64,000 nucleotides of DNA, from IMG/VR virus record IMGVR_UViG_3300010163_001408; one strand, 5' to 3'. Positions within the stretch are counted from its first letter, which is position 1. Each line of letters starts with the position of its first letter. Of this stretch, positions 18,367 through 28,356 are shown in pieces. Origin of the DNA: an uncultured virus (IMG/VR IMGVR_UViG_3300010163_001408) (Duplodnaviria; Heunggongvirae; Uroviricota; Caudoviricetes). A program made the translations under genes and the position numbers. The notes below the pieces were generated by a model that was given only the letters and a program-made list of their open reading frames with translations, was not told where the DNA came from and ran no database searches.

Positions 18367-19836
18367 ATGGTAGAATCATTCAAGCAGATGTGCGAACAAA
18401 ATGGAATAAATTATAACACAGCATTAAAATATAGAAAGAAGCATACAGAATTATCAGATAATCAAGTAATTGATCACTATTTAGCATTACAAATAGTTAA
18501 AAAAGAAGAGTCATTTAGCTCATTATGTAAAAAATACAATATTAATTATAGTGCCGCTAGATATTACAAAAGGAAACATCCAGAATTAAGTAATCAAGAA
18601 ATAATTGATCACTATTTAGCATTGCAAACAGTTAAAAAAGAAGAGACACTTAAGTCATTATGTAAACAACATAATATAAATTATTCTACATTTATTAATT
18701 ATAAACGTAGCCATCCAGAATTAAGTAATCAACAAGTAATTGATCATTATTTAGCACCAAAAGAAGAATCGCTTTGGTCCTTATGTAAACGATACAATAC
18801 TAATCATTATGCTGCCTATTATTATAAAAGGAAATATCCAGAATTAAGTAATCAACAAATAATTAATCACTATTTAGCATTACAAACAGTTAAAAAAGAA
18901 GGATCACTTATGTCATTATGCAAACAATACAATATTAATTATGACATGGCATATAGTTATAAATGTAGGCATCCAAAATTAAGTAATCAAGAAATAATTA
19001 ATCACTATTTAGCATTGCAAACAGTTAAAAAAGAAGAGACACTTAAGTCATTATGTAAACAACATAATATAAATTATAATATAGCAAAAAAATATAAGAA
19101 TAGACATACAGAATTAAATGATCAAGAAGTAATTAATCACTATTTAGCATTACAAACAATTAAAAAAGAAGAGTCATTTAGCTCATTATGTAAGAAATAC
19201 AATATTAACTATGGTAATGCATGGAGTTATAAAAAGAGACATCTAGAACTAAATGATCAGGAAATAATCAATCACTATTTAGTATTACAAAAAGAAGGGG
19301 CACTTAAATCATTATGTAGACAATACGATATAAACTACATTACAGTTCTCCATTATAAAAATAAACACCCAGAATTAAGTGATCAGGAAATAATAAAATA
19401 TTACTCAACAAAACGTTACTCAGCAAAACAAGAGTCTACATTTAGAAGTTTATGTAGGCAATATAACCTTAATTATGGTACAACAATATCATACAGAAAT
19501 AAACATCCAGAACTAAGTGATCAACAAGTAATTGACTATTATTTAGTACCAAAAGAAGAATCACTTCTGTCATTATGCAAACAATACAATGTTAATTATA
19601 GTACTGCACGTTTGTATAAAAATAACCATTTAGAATTAAGCAATCAACAAGTAATTGATTATTATTTAGTACCAAAAGAAGAATCACTTATGTCATTATG
19701 CAAACAATACAATATTAAGTATAGTACTGCAAATTGGTATAAAAATAATCATTCAGAATTAAGTAACAAACAAGTTATTCAACATTTTATACCAAACAGT
19801 TTCATTAATAGTCAAGGAGAACTAATAGTAATATGA
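18367..19836 (+). CDS. Tandem HTH-like repeat protein (11 repeats plus cap)
   Basis: Eleven 41-46 aa units with near-identical scaffolds; ends IPNSFINSQGELIVI. Confidence 0.9.
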   Translation: MVESFKQMCEQNGINYNTALKYRKKHTELSDNQVIDHYLALQIVKKEESFSSLCKKYNINYSAARYYKRKHPELSNQEIIDHYLALQTVKKEETLKSLCKQHNINYSTFINYKRSHPELSNQQVIDHYLAPKEESLWSLCKRYNTNHYAAYYYKRKYPELSNQQIINHYLALQTVKKEGSLMSLCKQYNINYDMAYSYKCRHPKLSNQEIINHYLALQTVKKEETLKSLCKQHNINYNIAKKYKNRHTELNDQEVINHYLALQTIKKEESFSSLCKKYNINYGNAWSYKKRHLELNDQEIINHYLVLQKEGALKSLCRQYDINYITVLHYKNKHPELSDQEIIKYYSTKRYSAKQESTFRSLCRQYNLNYGTTISYRNKHPELSDQQVIDYYLVPKEESLLSLCKQYNVNYSTARLYKNNHLELSNQQVIDYYLVPKEESLMSLCKQYNIKYSTANWYKNNHSELSNKQVIQHFIPNSFINSQGELIVI

Positions 19837-20354
19837 CATTTAAAGATTTATGCATCCAAAATAATATTAATTATAAGACTGCTGATAATTACAGACGGAG
19901 TCATCCAGAATTAAGTGATCAAGAGATAATAAAATATTACTTAGAAAAACAAGGACCTACATTTAGAGGCTTGTGTAAACAAAATAACATAAGATATAGT
20001 ACAGCAATAGCATATAGAAATAACCATCCAGAACTAAGTGATCAACAAGTAATTGATTACTATTTAACACCAAAAGAATCACTTCGATCATTGTGTAAAC
20101 AATACAATGTAAATTACAAAAATGCTTGTTACTATAAGGGTAGACACCCAAAATTAAGTTACCAACAAATAATTGACCATTATTTAGTACCAAAAGAAGA
20201 ATCACTCATGTCATTATGCAAACAATACAATATTAATTATAATAATGCACATGAGTATAAAAGGAATCATACTAATTTAAAAAATATACAAATAATACAA
20301 TATTATATACCAAACAGTTTCATCAATAGTCAAGGAGAATTAATAATAGTTTAG
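19833..20354 (+). CDS. HTH-like repeat protein (4 repeats plus cap)
   Basis: ATGA overlap with the upstream paralogue; same repeat. Confidence 0.85.
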   Translation: MTFKDLCIQNNINYKTADNYRRSHPELSDQEIIKYYLEKQGPTFRGLCKQNNIRYSTAIAYRNNHPELSDQQVIDYYLTPKESLRSLCKQYNVNYKNACYYKGRHPKLSYQQIIDHYLVPKEESLMSLCKQYNINYNNAHEYKRNHTNLKNIQIIQYYIPNSFINSQGELIIV

Positions 20355-20369
20355 GAGGATAACCAGAGA

Positions 20370-20894
20370 ATGGAAGTCAAAAAGAATAAATCCTTTAAAG
20401 AAATATGCAAACAGCATTCAGTAAGCTATGCATCAGCATTACATTATAGAAAAAGACATCCAGAATTATCAGATAATCAAGTAATTGATCATTTTTTAAA
20501 TAAAACAAACACATATTTTACAGAATTGTGCAAACAAAATAATATATCATACTCAGCAGCTTATGCTTATAAGCGTAGGCACCCAAAAGTAAGCAACAAG
20601 AATATAATGAATAAATTTTTAGACCCTGCAAGAATGCTTACAAGATTATGCAAGCAGCATAATATACCATATAAAATGGTTTATAATTATGGATACAGAC
20701 ATCCAGAATTATCAAATGAGCAATTAATAGAATACTTTAAGCATAATCAGTACCCTAGGATTCCATTTAAAACATTATGCAAACAAAACAATGTAAATTA
20801 TACAAATGCATATGCTTATAAACGAAATCATCCTGAATTAACAGATGAACAAATAATTAAAAGATATATAGATAAGAGAGAACAGGAGCATTAA
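20370..20894 (+). CDS. HTH-like repeat protein (4 repeats, no cap)
   Basis: Same repeat; RBS AGGAGG. Confidence 0.85.
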   Translation: MEVKKNKSFKEICKQHSVSYASALHYRKRHPELSDNQVIDHFLNKTNTYFTELCKQNNISYSAAYAYKRRHPKVSNKNIMNKFLDPARMLTRLCKQHNIPYKMVYNYGYRHPELSNEQLIEYFKHNQYPRIPFKTLCKQNNVNYTNAYAYKRNHPELTDEQIIKRYIDKREQEH

Positions 20895-20899
20895 GAGAA

Positions 20900-21082
20900 G
20901 TGACTTTAAAAGAATCATCCAAGCAACAATCACTAAGAAGCTTTTGCAAGCAGCATAATATAAGTTATGCAACACTAATAGGTTATAAGCACAAACATCT
21001 AGATTTAGAGTATATGCAAATCATTCAGCATTATATACCAAACAGTTTCATCAATAATCAAGGAGAATTAATAGTAGTTTAG
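20900..21082 (+). CDS. Single-repeat member plus cap
   Basis: SLRSFCKQHNISY...IPNSFINNQGELIVV; GTG start. Confidence 0.65.
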   Translation: MTLKESSKQQSLRSFCKQHNISYATLIGYKHKHLDLEYMQIIQHYIPNSFINNQGELIVV

Positions 21083-21096
21083 GAGGATAAACTAAG

Positions 21097-21633
21097 ATGA
21101 CCAATAAACACAATAAGACATTTAAAGAAATATGTGAACAACATAATATTAACTATATTACAGCATTACAGCATAGAAGAAAGCATACAGAGTTAACAGA
21201 TGATCAAATAATTGAGTATTATATAATCAAACAAAATGGTGATTATACATTCAAAGATAAATGTAAAAAACATGGGATAGACTACATGAGTGCATGTAAA
21301 TTTTTAAGTAGGCACCCAGAATTAACTAAAGAACAAGTAATAGAACACTATATAGACAAACAAAATAAATATGACACATTTAAGAATTTATGTAAAAACA
21401 ATAACATAACTTTTAAAATTGCAAGAGTATATAAGAGAAGGCATCCAGAATTAACAGATGAACAAATAATTGAGTACTATACAACAAAGTTATCAACAGA
21501 AACAATGCATAGTTTATGTAAGAGATATGGTATAGAAACAACAAAAGTCTATAGATATAGACAGAGACATCCCGAATTAACAGATGAACAAATATTTAAA
21601 AAATACTTAGGTCAACAAAAACATAAGGAGTAA
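21097..21633 (+). CDS. HTH-like repeat protein (4 repeats, no cap)
   Basis: Same repeat; start and RBS region resemble those of 20370. Confidence 0.85.
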   Translation: MTNKHNKTFKEICEQHNINYITALQHRRKHTELTDDQIIEYYIIKQNGDYTFKDKCKKHGIDYMSACKFLSRHPELTKEQVIEHYIDKQNKYDTFKNLCKNNNITFKIARVYKRRHPELTDEQIIEYYTTKLSTETMHSLCKRYGIETTKVYRYRQRHPELTDEQIFKKYLGQQKHKE

Positions 21634-21637
21634 AATT

Positions 21638-22117
21638 ATGAGTCAATCATTCAAGGATTTATGTAAAAAGCATAATATCAAATATCCAGTAGCTTATGAA
21701 TATAAACTAAAACATCCTGAATTAACAGAAGAGCAAGTGATATATTATTACACAACATTAAAGCCGAAAAGTTTAACAAACTTATGTAGAAAATACAATG
21801 TAAAATATTATATAGCATATAAATATAAAAGAAAGCATAAGGATTTAAGTAATCGGGAAGTAATAGAACACATTTTAACAAAACCATTAACTTTAAAAAA
21901 ATTATGCATAGACAATAATACTAATTATAATACAGCAAATTCATATAAAAGAAAGCATCCAGAATTAACTAATGAACAAATAATACAGTTTTATAAAAAT
22001 TATAATACAAGAGATAAGCATAATTTTGCAAACTTGTGTAGAAAATATAATCTGGTTTACTCATCAGCATACGGCTATAGACAAAGACACCCAGATTTAA
22101 CAAATGAACAAATATAG
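21638..22117 (+). CDS. HTH-like repeat protein (4 repeats), last repeat clipped
   Basis: Ends EQI*; removing 2 nt from ATATAG gives EQIVQYYKK*, the normal repeat end. Confidence 0.8.
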   Translation: MSQSFKDLCKKHNIKYPVAYEYKLKHPELTEEQVIYYYTTLKPKSLTNLCRKYNVKYYIAYKYKRKHKDLSNREVIEHILTKPLTLKKLCIDNNTNYNTANSYKRKHPELTNEQIIQFYKNYNTRDKHNFANLCRKYNLVYSSAYGYRQRHPDLTNEQI

Positions 22118-22159
22118 TCCAGTATTATAAAAAATAAATCAAAAGGGCAGGTACAAAAA

Positions 22160-22657
22160 ATGACAAAAGAATTAGAATATTTAAAAGATAAAATAGTACT
22201 ATTCGATGTAGATGGTACATTAATGAGATATGACTTTGGAGCAATAGGAAAATGTTTTACAACTGATGAATGGATTCATCTAAGCACAATATGTAACATA
22301 TATACAGAAAAGGGTCATCCAACATCAATATTTAATGACATTATAAGAGAATTAGGAAACAATGCATGGGTAATAACAGTTTCATTAACATTACATGAGC
22401 AAAGAAACAAAATAGCATTAATTAAGAAAATACATCCAACAATTCCAGAAAATCACATTCTTTTTGTAGGTGACACAAAATATAAAGTACCATACATAGA
22501 AAGTCTAATAGCAAGTCAACAAATATATGAAAATAGCAAAGAACACAAGAAAGTAGTATTAGTGGATGATAAAGATGACTTATTGTTTATGCATCAAGCA
22601 GCATATGGTGATTTAGCACCATCCTTTGAAATAAGATTAGTTTCAGACTTTATTTAA
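22160..22657 (+). CDS. HAD-superfamily hydrolase
   Basis: LFDVDGTL motif I; VLVDD motif IV. Confidence 0.75.
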   Translation: MTKELEYLKDKIVLFDVDGTLMRYDFGAIGKCFTTDEWIHLSTICNIYTEKGHPTSIFNDIIRELGNNAWVITVSLTLHEQRNKIALIKKIHPTIPENHILFVGDTKYKVPYIESLIASQQIYENSKEHKKVVLVDDKDDLLFMHQAAYGDLAPSFEIRLVSDFI

Positions 22658-22682
22658 GTGTCATAATAGAAGAAAATAAATT

Positions 22683-23102
22683 ATGGAAGAATCAAATAAT
22701 TTAGCTGAATTATGTAGACAACATAACATAAATTATAATGCAGCAATAAAATATAAAAATAGGCATCCAGAACTAAGTAACAAAGAAATAGTAAATCGTT
22801 ATTTAACAATCGAATCACAGTCATTTCGAAATTTTTGTGAACAACACAATTTAAATTATACAACAGCTTTGGATTTTAAACATAGACACCCAGAATTAAG
22901 CAATCAACAAATACAAATAGTAGAACACTACTTAACGCTGAAATCACAGTCATTTAAAAGTCTTTGTAAACAATTCAATATAAACTATGTTAAAGCACTA
23001 GCTTTTAAACATAGACACTTAGAATTAAACAATCAACAAATAATTCAGTACTATATACCAAACAGTTTTATCAATAGTCAAGGAGAACTAATAGTAGTAT
23101 GA
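22683..23102 (+). CDS. HTH-like repeat protein (3 repeats plus cap)
   Basis: Same repeat and cap. Confidence 0.85.
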   Translation: MEESNNLAELCRQHNINYNAAIKYKNRHPELSNKEIVNRYLTIESQSFRNFCEQHNLNYTTALDFKHRHPELSNQQIQIVEHYLTLKSQSFKSLCKQFNINYVKALAFKHRHLELNNQQIIQYYIPNSFINSQGELIVV

Positions 23103-24346
23103 AACATAAACAACTCAAAGAGTTATGCAAGCAATATAATATAAATTATCATACAGCATATAATTATAAGCAAAGACATCCAGACATAACTGATGATGAG
23201 GTAATTGAGCATTACATATTACCAGATAAGAAACCCTTAGTAAAATTATGTGAACAATATGATATAAATTATCGTACAGCATATAATTATAAACAACATC
23301 ATCCCCAATTAACTAATATGGAGGTGGTTAATTATTACAGGTTTAAACCAAAAGAAGTACCATTAACAGAATTGTGTAAACAATACAATATAAAATATAC
23401 AATGGCTAAACATTATAAATCCAGTCATCCTGAATTAACTAATGAAGAAGTTATTAAGCACTATTTAGAGGAAGGGGAGGAATTTAAGAATCTATGTAAA
23501 CAGTACAACATAGATTATGCTACAGCAGTAGCATATAAACAAAGTCATCCAAGTTTAAACAATAAGCAAGTAATGAGATTTTTCTTAAACCAGCCATTAA
23601 CATTTAAAGAAATGTGTGACATGAATAATATAGATTATCATGCAGTAGCTGCTTACAAAAGCAGACATAAAGATTTAACAGATGAACAAGTAATTCAGCA
23701 CTACTTAGCACCAAAACCTAAGTCTCTTAGAAGTATATGCATGGAGAATAATTTAAGTTTCACATCAGTTAGAAGTTTTAAGACACATCATCCAGAATTA
23801 GATAATGAAGAATTAGTACAACTATACATAGAATTAAATGAGCAAGCAGTAAAAGAAGATAAGCAACTATCAAATGGGAGGACAATACTGGAAAATAACA
23901 ATAATACAGAATCACTCAGGAGTTTATGTATAAAACATGATGTAAATTACACATCAGCTAAAAATTATAAATATACACATCCTAATTTAACTAATAAAGA
24001 AATTATAGATATATGTATTAAATTAAAAGAAGAGGGATCAAAAGATGAAACACTTAGAAAACTATGTGAAGATAATGGTTTAAACTATTCATCAGTAAGA
24101 AGTTTTAAGTACCATCATCCAGATTTAACAAATAAAGAAGTAATAGACATATGTATTAAATTAAAGGCAAAAAGATCAAAAGAGGAGTCATTTAAAAATT
24201 TATGCATAAAACTTAAACTAAATTATTCATCAGTAAGAAGTTTTAAGTACCATTATCATCCAGAATTAACAGACATACAAGTAATTCAACATTTTATACC
24301 AAGCAGTTTTATTAATATTCAAGGAGAGTTAATCATATTAGAATAA
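23099..24346 (+). CDS. HTH-like repeat protein (9 repeats plus variant cap)
   Basis: ATGA overlap; ends IPSSFINIQGELIILE. Confidence 0.85.
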   Translation: MKHKQLKELCKQYNINYHTAYNYKQRHPDITDDEVIEHYILPDKKPLVKLCEQYDINYRTAYNYKQHHPQLTNMEVVNYYRFKPKEVPLTELCKQYNIKYTMAKHYKSSHPELTNEEVIKHYLEEGEEFKNLCKQYNIDYATAVAYKQSHPSLNNKQVMRFFLNQPLTFKEMCDMNNIDYHAVAAYKSRHKDLTDEQVIQHYLAPKPKSLRSICMENNLSFTSVRSFKTHHPELDNEELVQLYIELNEQAVKEDKQLSNGRTILENNNNTESLRSLCIKHDVNYTSAKNYKYTHPNLTNKEIIDICIKLKEEGSKDETLRKLCEDNGLNYSSVRSFKYHHPDLTNKEVIDICIKLKAKRSKEESFKNLCIKLKLNYSSVRSFKYHYHPELTDIQVIQHFIPSSFINIQGELIILE

Positions 24347-24356
24347 GAGGATAAGC

Positions 24357-25034
24357 ATGAGTAAATTTAAAAACCTAAGGCAATTATGTGAGCAACATAA
24401 TTTAAATTGTAGCACAGTTAGAGCATATATTTACAAACATCCAGAATTAACAATTGATCAAATAATTCAATATTACATATCAAAACCAAAGGAAACTTTG
24501 AGAGAATTATGTAGAAAACATAATATAAATTATAATAGAGCAACAGGATTAAGAAAGAGAAATAAGAGATTAACTAATCAAGAAATAATAGATTATTGCA
24601 TATTTAAAGATAAATCTAAGGCTGAGGAATCATTAGCAGAACTCTGTAGGAAACATAATATAAACTATCATAATGCAAATTCTTATAAACAAAGACATCC
24701 AAAATTAACTAATAAACAAGTAATAAATTATTATATTGAACCTAAAGAAAAGCAGTTGTCCTTCAGAGATTTATGTAAAAAGCATAACATAAATGAAGCA
24801 AATGCATATGCATATAGAAGTAGTCACCCAGGACTAACAGATGAACAAGTAATAGAATTTTATCTGAAACCAAAACAATTAACAGTAACTGAACTGTGTA
24901 AACAATATAATATAAATTATACATCTCTATATCATTATAGACAAAAGAATCCAAGTTTATCATTGTCACAAGCAATGCAGCATTTCATACCCAATAGTTT
25001 TATCAATAGCCAAGGAGAAATAGTAATAATATAG
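24357..25034 (+). CDS. HTH-like repeat protein (5 repeats plus cap)
   Basis: Ends IPNSFINSQGEIVII. Confidence 0.85.
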   Translation: MSKFKNLRQLCEQHNLNCSTVRAYIYKHPELTIDQIIQYYISKPKETLRELCRKHNINYNRATGLRKRNKRLTNQEIIDYCIFKDKSKAEESLAELCRKHNINYHNANSYKQRHPKLTNKQVINYYIEPKEKQLSFRDLCKKHNINEANAYAYRSSHPGLTDEQVIEFYLKPKQLTVTELCKQYNINYTSLYHYRQKNPSLSLSQAMQHFIPNSFINSQGEIVII

Positions 25035-25104
25035 CATGTAACCAAGCTTTTAGATATTTAATAATAATTAAATTTTTATTTTTGTGAGAGGAGAACCAGA
25101 ACAC

Positions 25105-27354
25105 ATGAGTCAGAACGATAAGCTTTTAAGAGCAAAAGGATTGCCTGTTTTAACAAAAGGGGAAAAAGACAAGCTAAGAAATAAGTGGCAGGCAGAGACA
25201 TGGGATGACATGTTAATGTCATTACACTTATATGGAAAATATATAATGCTCAGACCAACTGGTTTTGGTAAGACATATACATGTTCATGTGCTACTTCTA
25301 TTGGTTCCAGTACACCAGAGGGTAGTGATGAAATAATACTTAACAATGGTTCAGTAATACACAATCAAAAACTTGTGAACATTCACAAAAAGAAGGTTGT
25401 ATTTGTTTATGTGTCTGATATTCTTAAAAGGACATTCAGTAGTGAAATAGCAGCTATAAAAAATTCAGACAGAATAATATACGAAACATATTCCATGATA
25501 CGGGGTCATTGGGGAGACACTGACTACCTTAAAGAGGTAATAGATATAGATAATGTAGGGCTTGTAATATTTGATGAAGTACAGAGACTTGGTGCAGTTA
25601 AAACATCTCAGACATTTGATATAGCAACTCCTATATTAAATGAACTTGGAGTGTATTATATAGGTGCAACAGCAACAGTAGGTAGGTCAACTGGACATGA
25701 TGTTTGTGACAAGTATTTTACAGTAGGTTCACCTAATATAGCAATCAACAGTAAAGAAGTAAAAGCCAGAGGTGCTAAGCAGAAACTCAATAACCTAACT
25801 TATTGTTGGGGAGAACATATATACACTCTTTCTGATGCATTTAAGAGTGGTTTACTTATTCCACCTGAATATCAATACATTGAGGAAAATGATCAGATTC
25901 TCAAAGAAGCAAGACACTCAAGAAAATCATTGCTTAAGAACTTAAAGACAGACTACGTAAACTGCACTAATCCTGAAGAAAAGCATGCTATATTTGATAG
26001 CATGCAGGAGTTGGACAGAGCAATTATTAAAAACTCTAGCAAAATTATACACGATACAATGTTGCAACTGTATGACTGCAATCCAAAATTTGTAGTAGAG
26101 AGGGAAGATTTACCTCCTGCAAAGTTCGGTAGCTTACCATTCCCTAAAAGATTACCTAAATACATGAGATTTCTTGTGTTTGCACCTGATAGGGAATCTA
26201 TTGTAGCAAATACAAAAGATATAACTACAGGAGATATTTATGGAAGCCTACTTGAAAGAACACGTGATGACTTCGTAGAAGCATTTGGACGTTATGGTTA
26301 TAAAGTAAGAACACTGGTAATTTCATCATTAACATCAGAAGAAAGAAACAATGTAAAGTTACTGGATGCTAAAAACGTATCAGAAGATGATATTGAAAGT
26401 GAGAAGGTAATCAAGCCAACTGATATGACAATTGATTTGATCTTCAGTATCAACATGTTAAATGTAGGATACCATGTGTCACATATAACTGGATTGGTAT
26501 TTAAACGCTGGACAGGAAGTAATCAGGTATACTACCAGCAGCTAGGCAGATGTTTATCAGTTGACTCTGATATTATACCTGTAGTATTTGATTATGTAAA
26601 CAGCATAAGTAGTAAGGGTATCAATGCTCCATTATACTCAATTGAAAGTTCAACTAAGACTACAACAGAGAATGCTGATGGTACAAAGACTATAGAGTAT
26701 AAGGAAAAACCGAAGCAGGAGAGAACACCTGGGGATATCAATATCATTGATGCAAAATATATTACAGTAGGCATGACCAGTGCAACTGTAAAGGATATAC
26801 TTGAAAGAGTTAATGTATACCAAATGAGATTAAATAGTATATCCTTATTTAAAGATAGTTACAACAGTTATATGGATTGTATTAATATTGATGCGGCTAA
26901 TAACAGACTTATAAGCAATGTAAAAAATATACCTTCATTAACAGACTCCATGAGAGTGCATGTAATCAAGAAGTGCAGGGCAGAAGGACATGATATAACT
27001 AAACTGGATTTTAGTAAGATAAGCATGAACTTTAAGGAGTATCTGCTTTGGTTAAAGAACAATAACAAAGATGTTTATGCGAATTATGAAGCATTTAAGC
27101 AATATAAACAGTGTAAAGAGTTAGGTACAACTCCCACAACTTTGGCTGCAGAGGTAAATTCAGTATTGGCTGTGAGCAAAACACTAGCAGCAACTGAAAA
27201 GAAAGCTAAGACAGTATCAACAAATGGGGTAAACATCAAGTTAATGATCAATGCAAACCAAATAGAGGAGTTTAAGCAGGATAAGGAAACACAAGATTTA
27301 CTGTTAAGTAAGGGATTCTCACCATCAAAAGATATAGTAACATATACGGAATAA
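25105..27354 (+). CDS. Superfamily 2 helicase/ATPase
   Basis: RPTGFGKT (I), FDEVQ (II), GATAT (III), MLNVGY (V), QQLGRCL (VI); ATG 25105 follows RBS GAGGAG. Confidence 0.85.
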   Translation: MSQNDKLLRAKGLPVLTKGEKDKLRNKWQAETWDDMLMSLHLYGKYIMLRPTGFGKTYTCSCATSIGSSTPEGSDEIILNNGSVIHNQKLVNIHKKKVVFVYVSDILKRTFSSEIAAIKNSDRIIYETYSMIRGHWGDTDYLKEVIDIDNVGLVIFDEVQRLGAVKTSQTFDIATPILNELGVYYIGATATVGRSTGHDVCDKYFTVGSPNIAINSKEVKARGAKQKLNNLTYCWGEHIYTLSDAFKSGLLIPPEYQYIEENDQILKEARHSRKSLLKNLKTDYVNCTNPEEKHAIFDSMQELDRAIIKNSSKIIHDTMLQLYDCNPKFVVEREDLPPAKFGSLPFPKRLPKYMRFLVFAPDRESIVANTKDITTGDIYGSLLERTRDDFVEAFGRYGYKVRTLVISSLTSEERNNVKLLDAKNVSEDDIESEKVIKPTDMTIDLIFSINMLNVGYHVSHITGLVFKRWTGSNQVYYQQLGRCLSVDSDIIPVVFDYVNSISSKGINAPLYSIESSTKTTTENADGTKTIEYKEKPKQERTPGDINIIDAKYITVGMTSATVKDILERVNVYQMRLNSISLFKDSYNSYMDCINIDAANNRLISNVKNIPSLTDSMRVHVIKKCRAEGHDITKLDFSKISMNFKEYLLWLKNNNKDVYANYEAFKQYKQCKELGTTPTTLAAEVNSVLAVSKTLAATEKKAKTVSTNGVNIKLMINANQIEEFKQDKETQDLLLSKGFSPSKDIVTYTE

Positions 27355-27402
27355 GAAAGACATGAATAATTTAAGATTACAACAAGAAAGGGAGATAAAA
27401 CA

Positions 27403-27690
27403 ATGAAGCAAGGTTATGAGCACAGTAGCAGTTTAGGTGAAACATTGGCAACTTATTACAATGACAATGGTAAACAAGCATTTAAGATAAGATCAACTAA
27501 GCAGGGATATCAAAGCTACGGTTGTATGATTGGGATAGAACCTTTCTTCATATCATATGCAGATGCAAGCAAGATGTGTACAGAAGAGGAAAGACAACTG
27601 CCAGTAACAGAATGGAAAAAGGTTATGACAAAATACATATGCGAAGCATTTGAAATAAACTACAAAGAGCAATTGGCAGCAGTAAAATAG
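27403..27690 (+). CDS. Hypothetical protein (paralogue of 28786-29108)
   Basis: RBS GGGAG; shares AFKI.ST..GYQS and KMCTEEE.QLP with the downstream remnant. Confidence 0.75.
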   Translation: MKQGYEHSSSLGETLATYYNDNGKQAFKIRSTKQGYQSYGCMIGIEPFFISYADASKMCTEEERQLPVTEWKKVMTKYICEAFEINYKEQLAAVK

Positions 27691-27710
27691 GATCAACATA
27701 TTGTAAGTCA

Positions 27711-27760
27711 TAATAAAACAGTACCTAAGCAGTATCAAGCATAGGTACTGTTTTATTATT
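27711..27760 (+). terminator. Terminator hairpin (17-bp perfect inverted repeat)
   Basis: TAATAAAACAGTACCTA / TAGGTACTGTTTTATTA. Confidence 0.75.
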
Positions 27761-27781
27761 TATATTTTATAAAAAATAATA

Positions 27782-27810
27782 TTGACAACTTATTTACAAA
27801 ATGTTATAAT
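27782..27810 (+). promoter_or_regulatory. Consensus sigmaA promoter
   Basis: TTGACA-N17-TATAAT with TG extended -10. Confidence 0.9.
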
Positions 27811-27851
27811 GTATTTAGAAGTTAAAGAAAAAGAGGAAAGGGAATAAAAAC

Positions 27852-28211
27852 ATGAACAGTTACGAAGATTATAATTTAAAAAACAAGAAAAATTCATCCT
27901 TGGGGCTTTTAAAGTTTATAGGTGCGGCAGCCATTTTAATAATTGCAGCTGGAATAGCTCTCAATACAGCCTGGGGAAAAAGATGGATTAAGTCCATGCA
28001 ATCCAGCTGGGGTGATGGAATTTACAGAGAAATCATAGTTTATGATGCTGTAGGAAACCAGCTGCAGTATGACATTGGTCAATTTGACATTGATTACACC
28101 AGCGACAGGATCATGTATGACGATGAAAACAACTTGAGGCATGTGATATACTTCAAGGATGGTTTGGTAATTGTAAATGAAATTAAACCGGACGAACGGG
28201 ACAAGGAATAA
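27852..28211 (+). CDS. Hypothetical membrane-anchored protein
   Basis: Single N-terminal TM; flanked by its own promoter and terminator. Confidence 0.75.
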   Translation: MNSYEDYNLKNKKNSSLGLLKFIGAAAILIIAAGIALNTAWGKRWIKSMQSSWGDGIYREIIVYDAVGNQLQYDIGQFDIDYTSDRIMYDDENNLRHVIYFKDGLVIVNEIKPDERDKE

Positions 28212-28229
28212 AAAAGCATAATGGTTTAC

Positions 28230-28270
28230 ATGGGTTTAACACAGAAACAATGTGTTAAACCCATTTTTTT
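28230..28270 (+). terminator. Rho-independent terminator
   Basis: ATGGGTTTAACACA / TGTGTTAAACCCAT plus T run. Confidence 0.85.
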
Positions 28271-28356
28271 ATTGTCAATATACCAAATTTTAAGCATGAG
28301 ATTATATTAAAAATAAATTTTAAATTTTATATTAAAATAATTGGAGGATATACATT

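Noticed and set aside
11177..25034. Diversity-generating retroelement behind the repeat hypervariability
   Set aside because: No reverse transcriptase or non-coding template repeat is in the window. The first variable codon is NNY in all 11 units of 18367-19836, but the other variable codons also differ at non-adenine positions. An RT elsewhere on the element cannot be excluded.
11795..25034. CRISPR array or integron attC sites formed by the ~48-bp cap repeats
   Set aside because: Copies are hundreds to thousands of bp apart, nearly all in frame at gene ends and non-palindromic, and no cas or integrase gene is seen.
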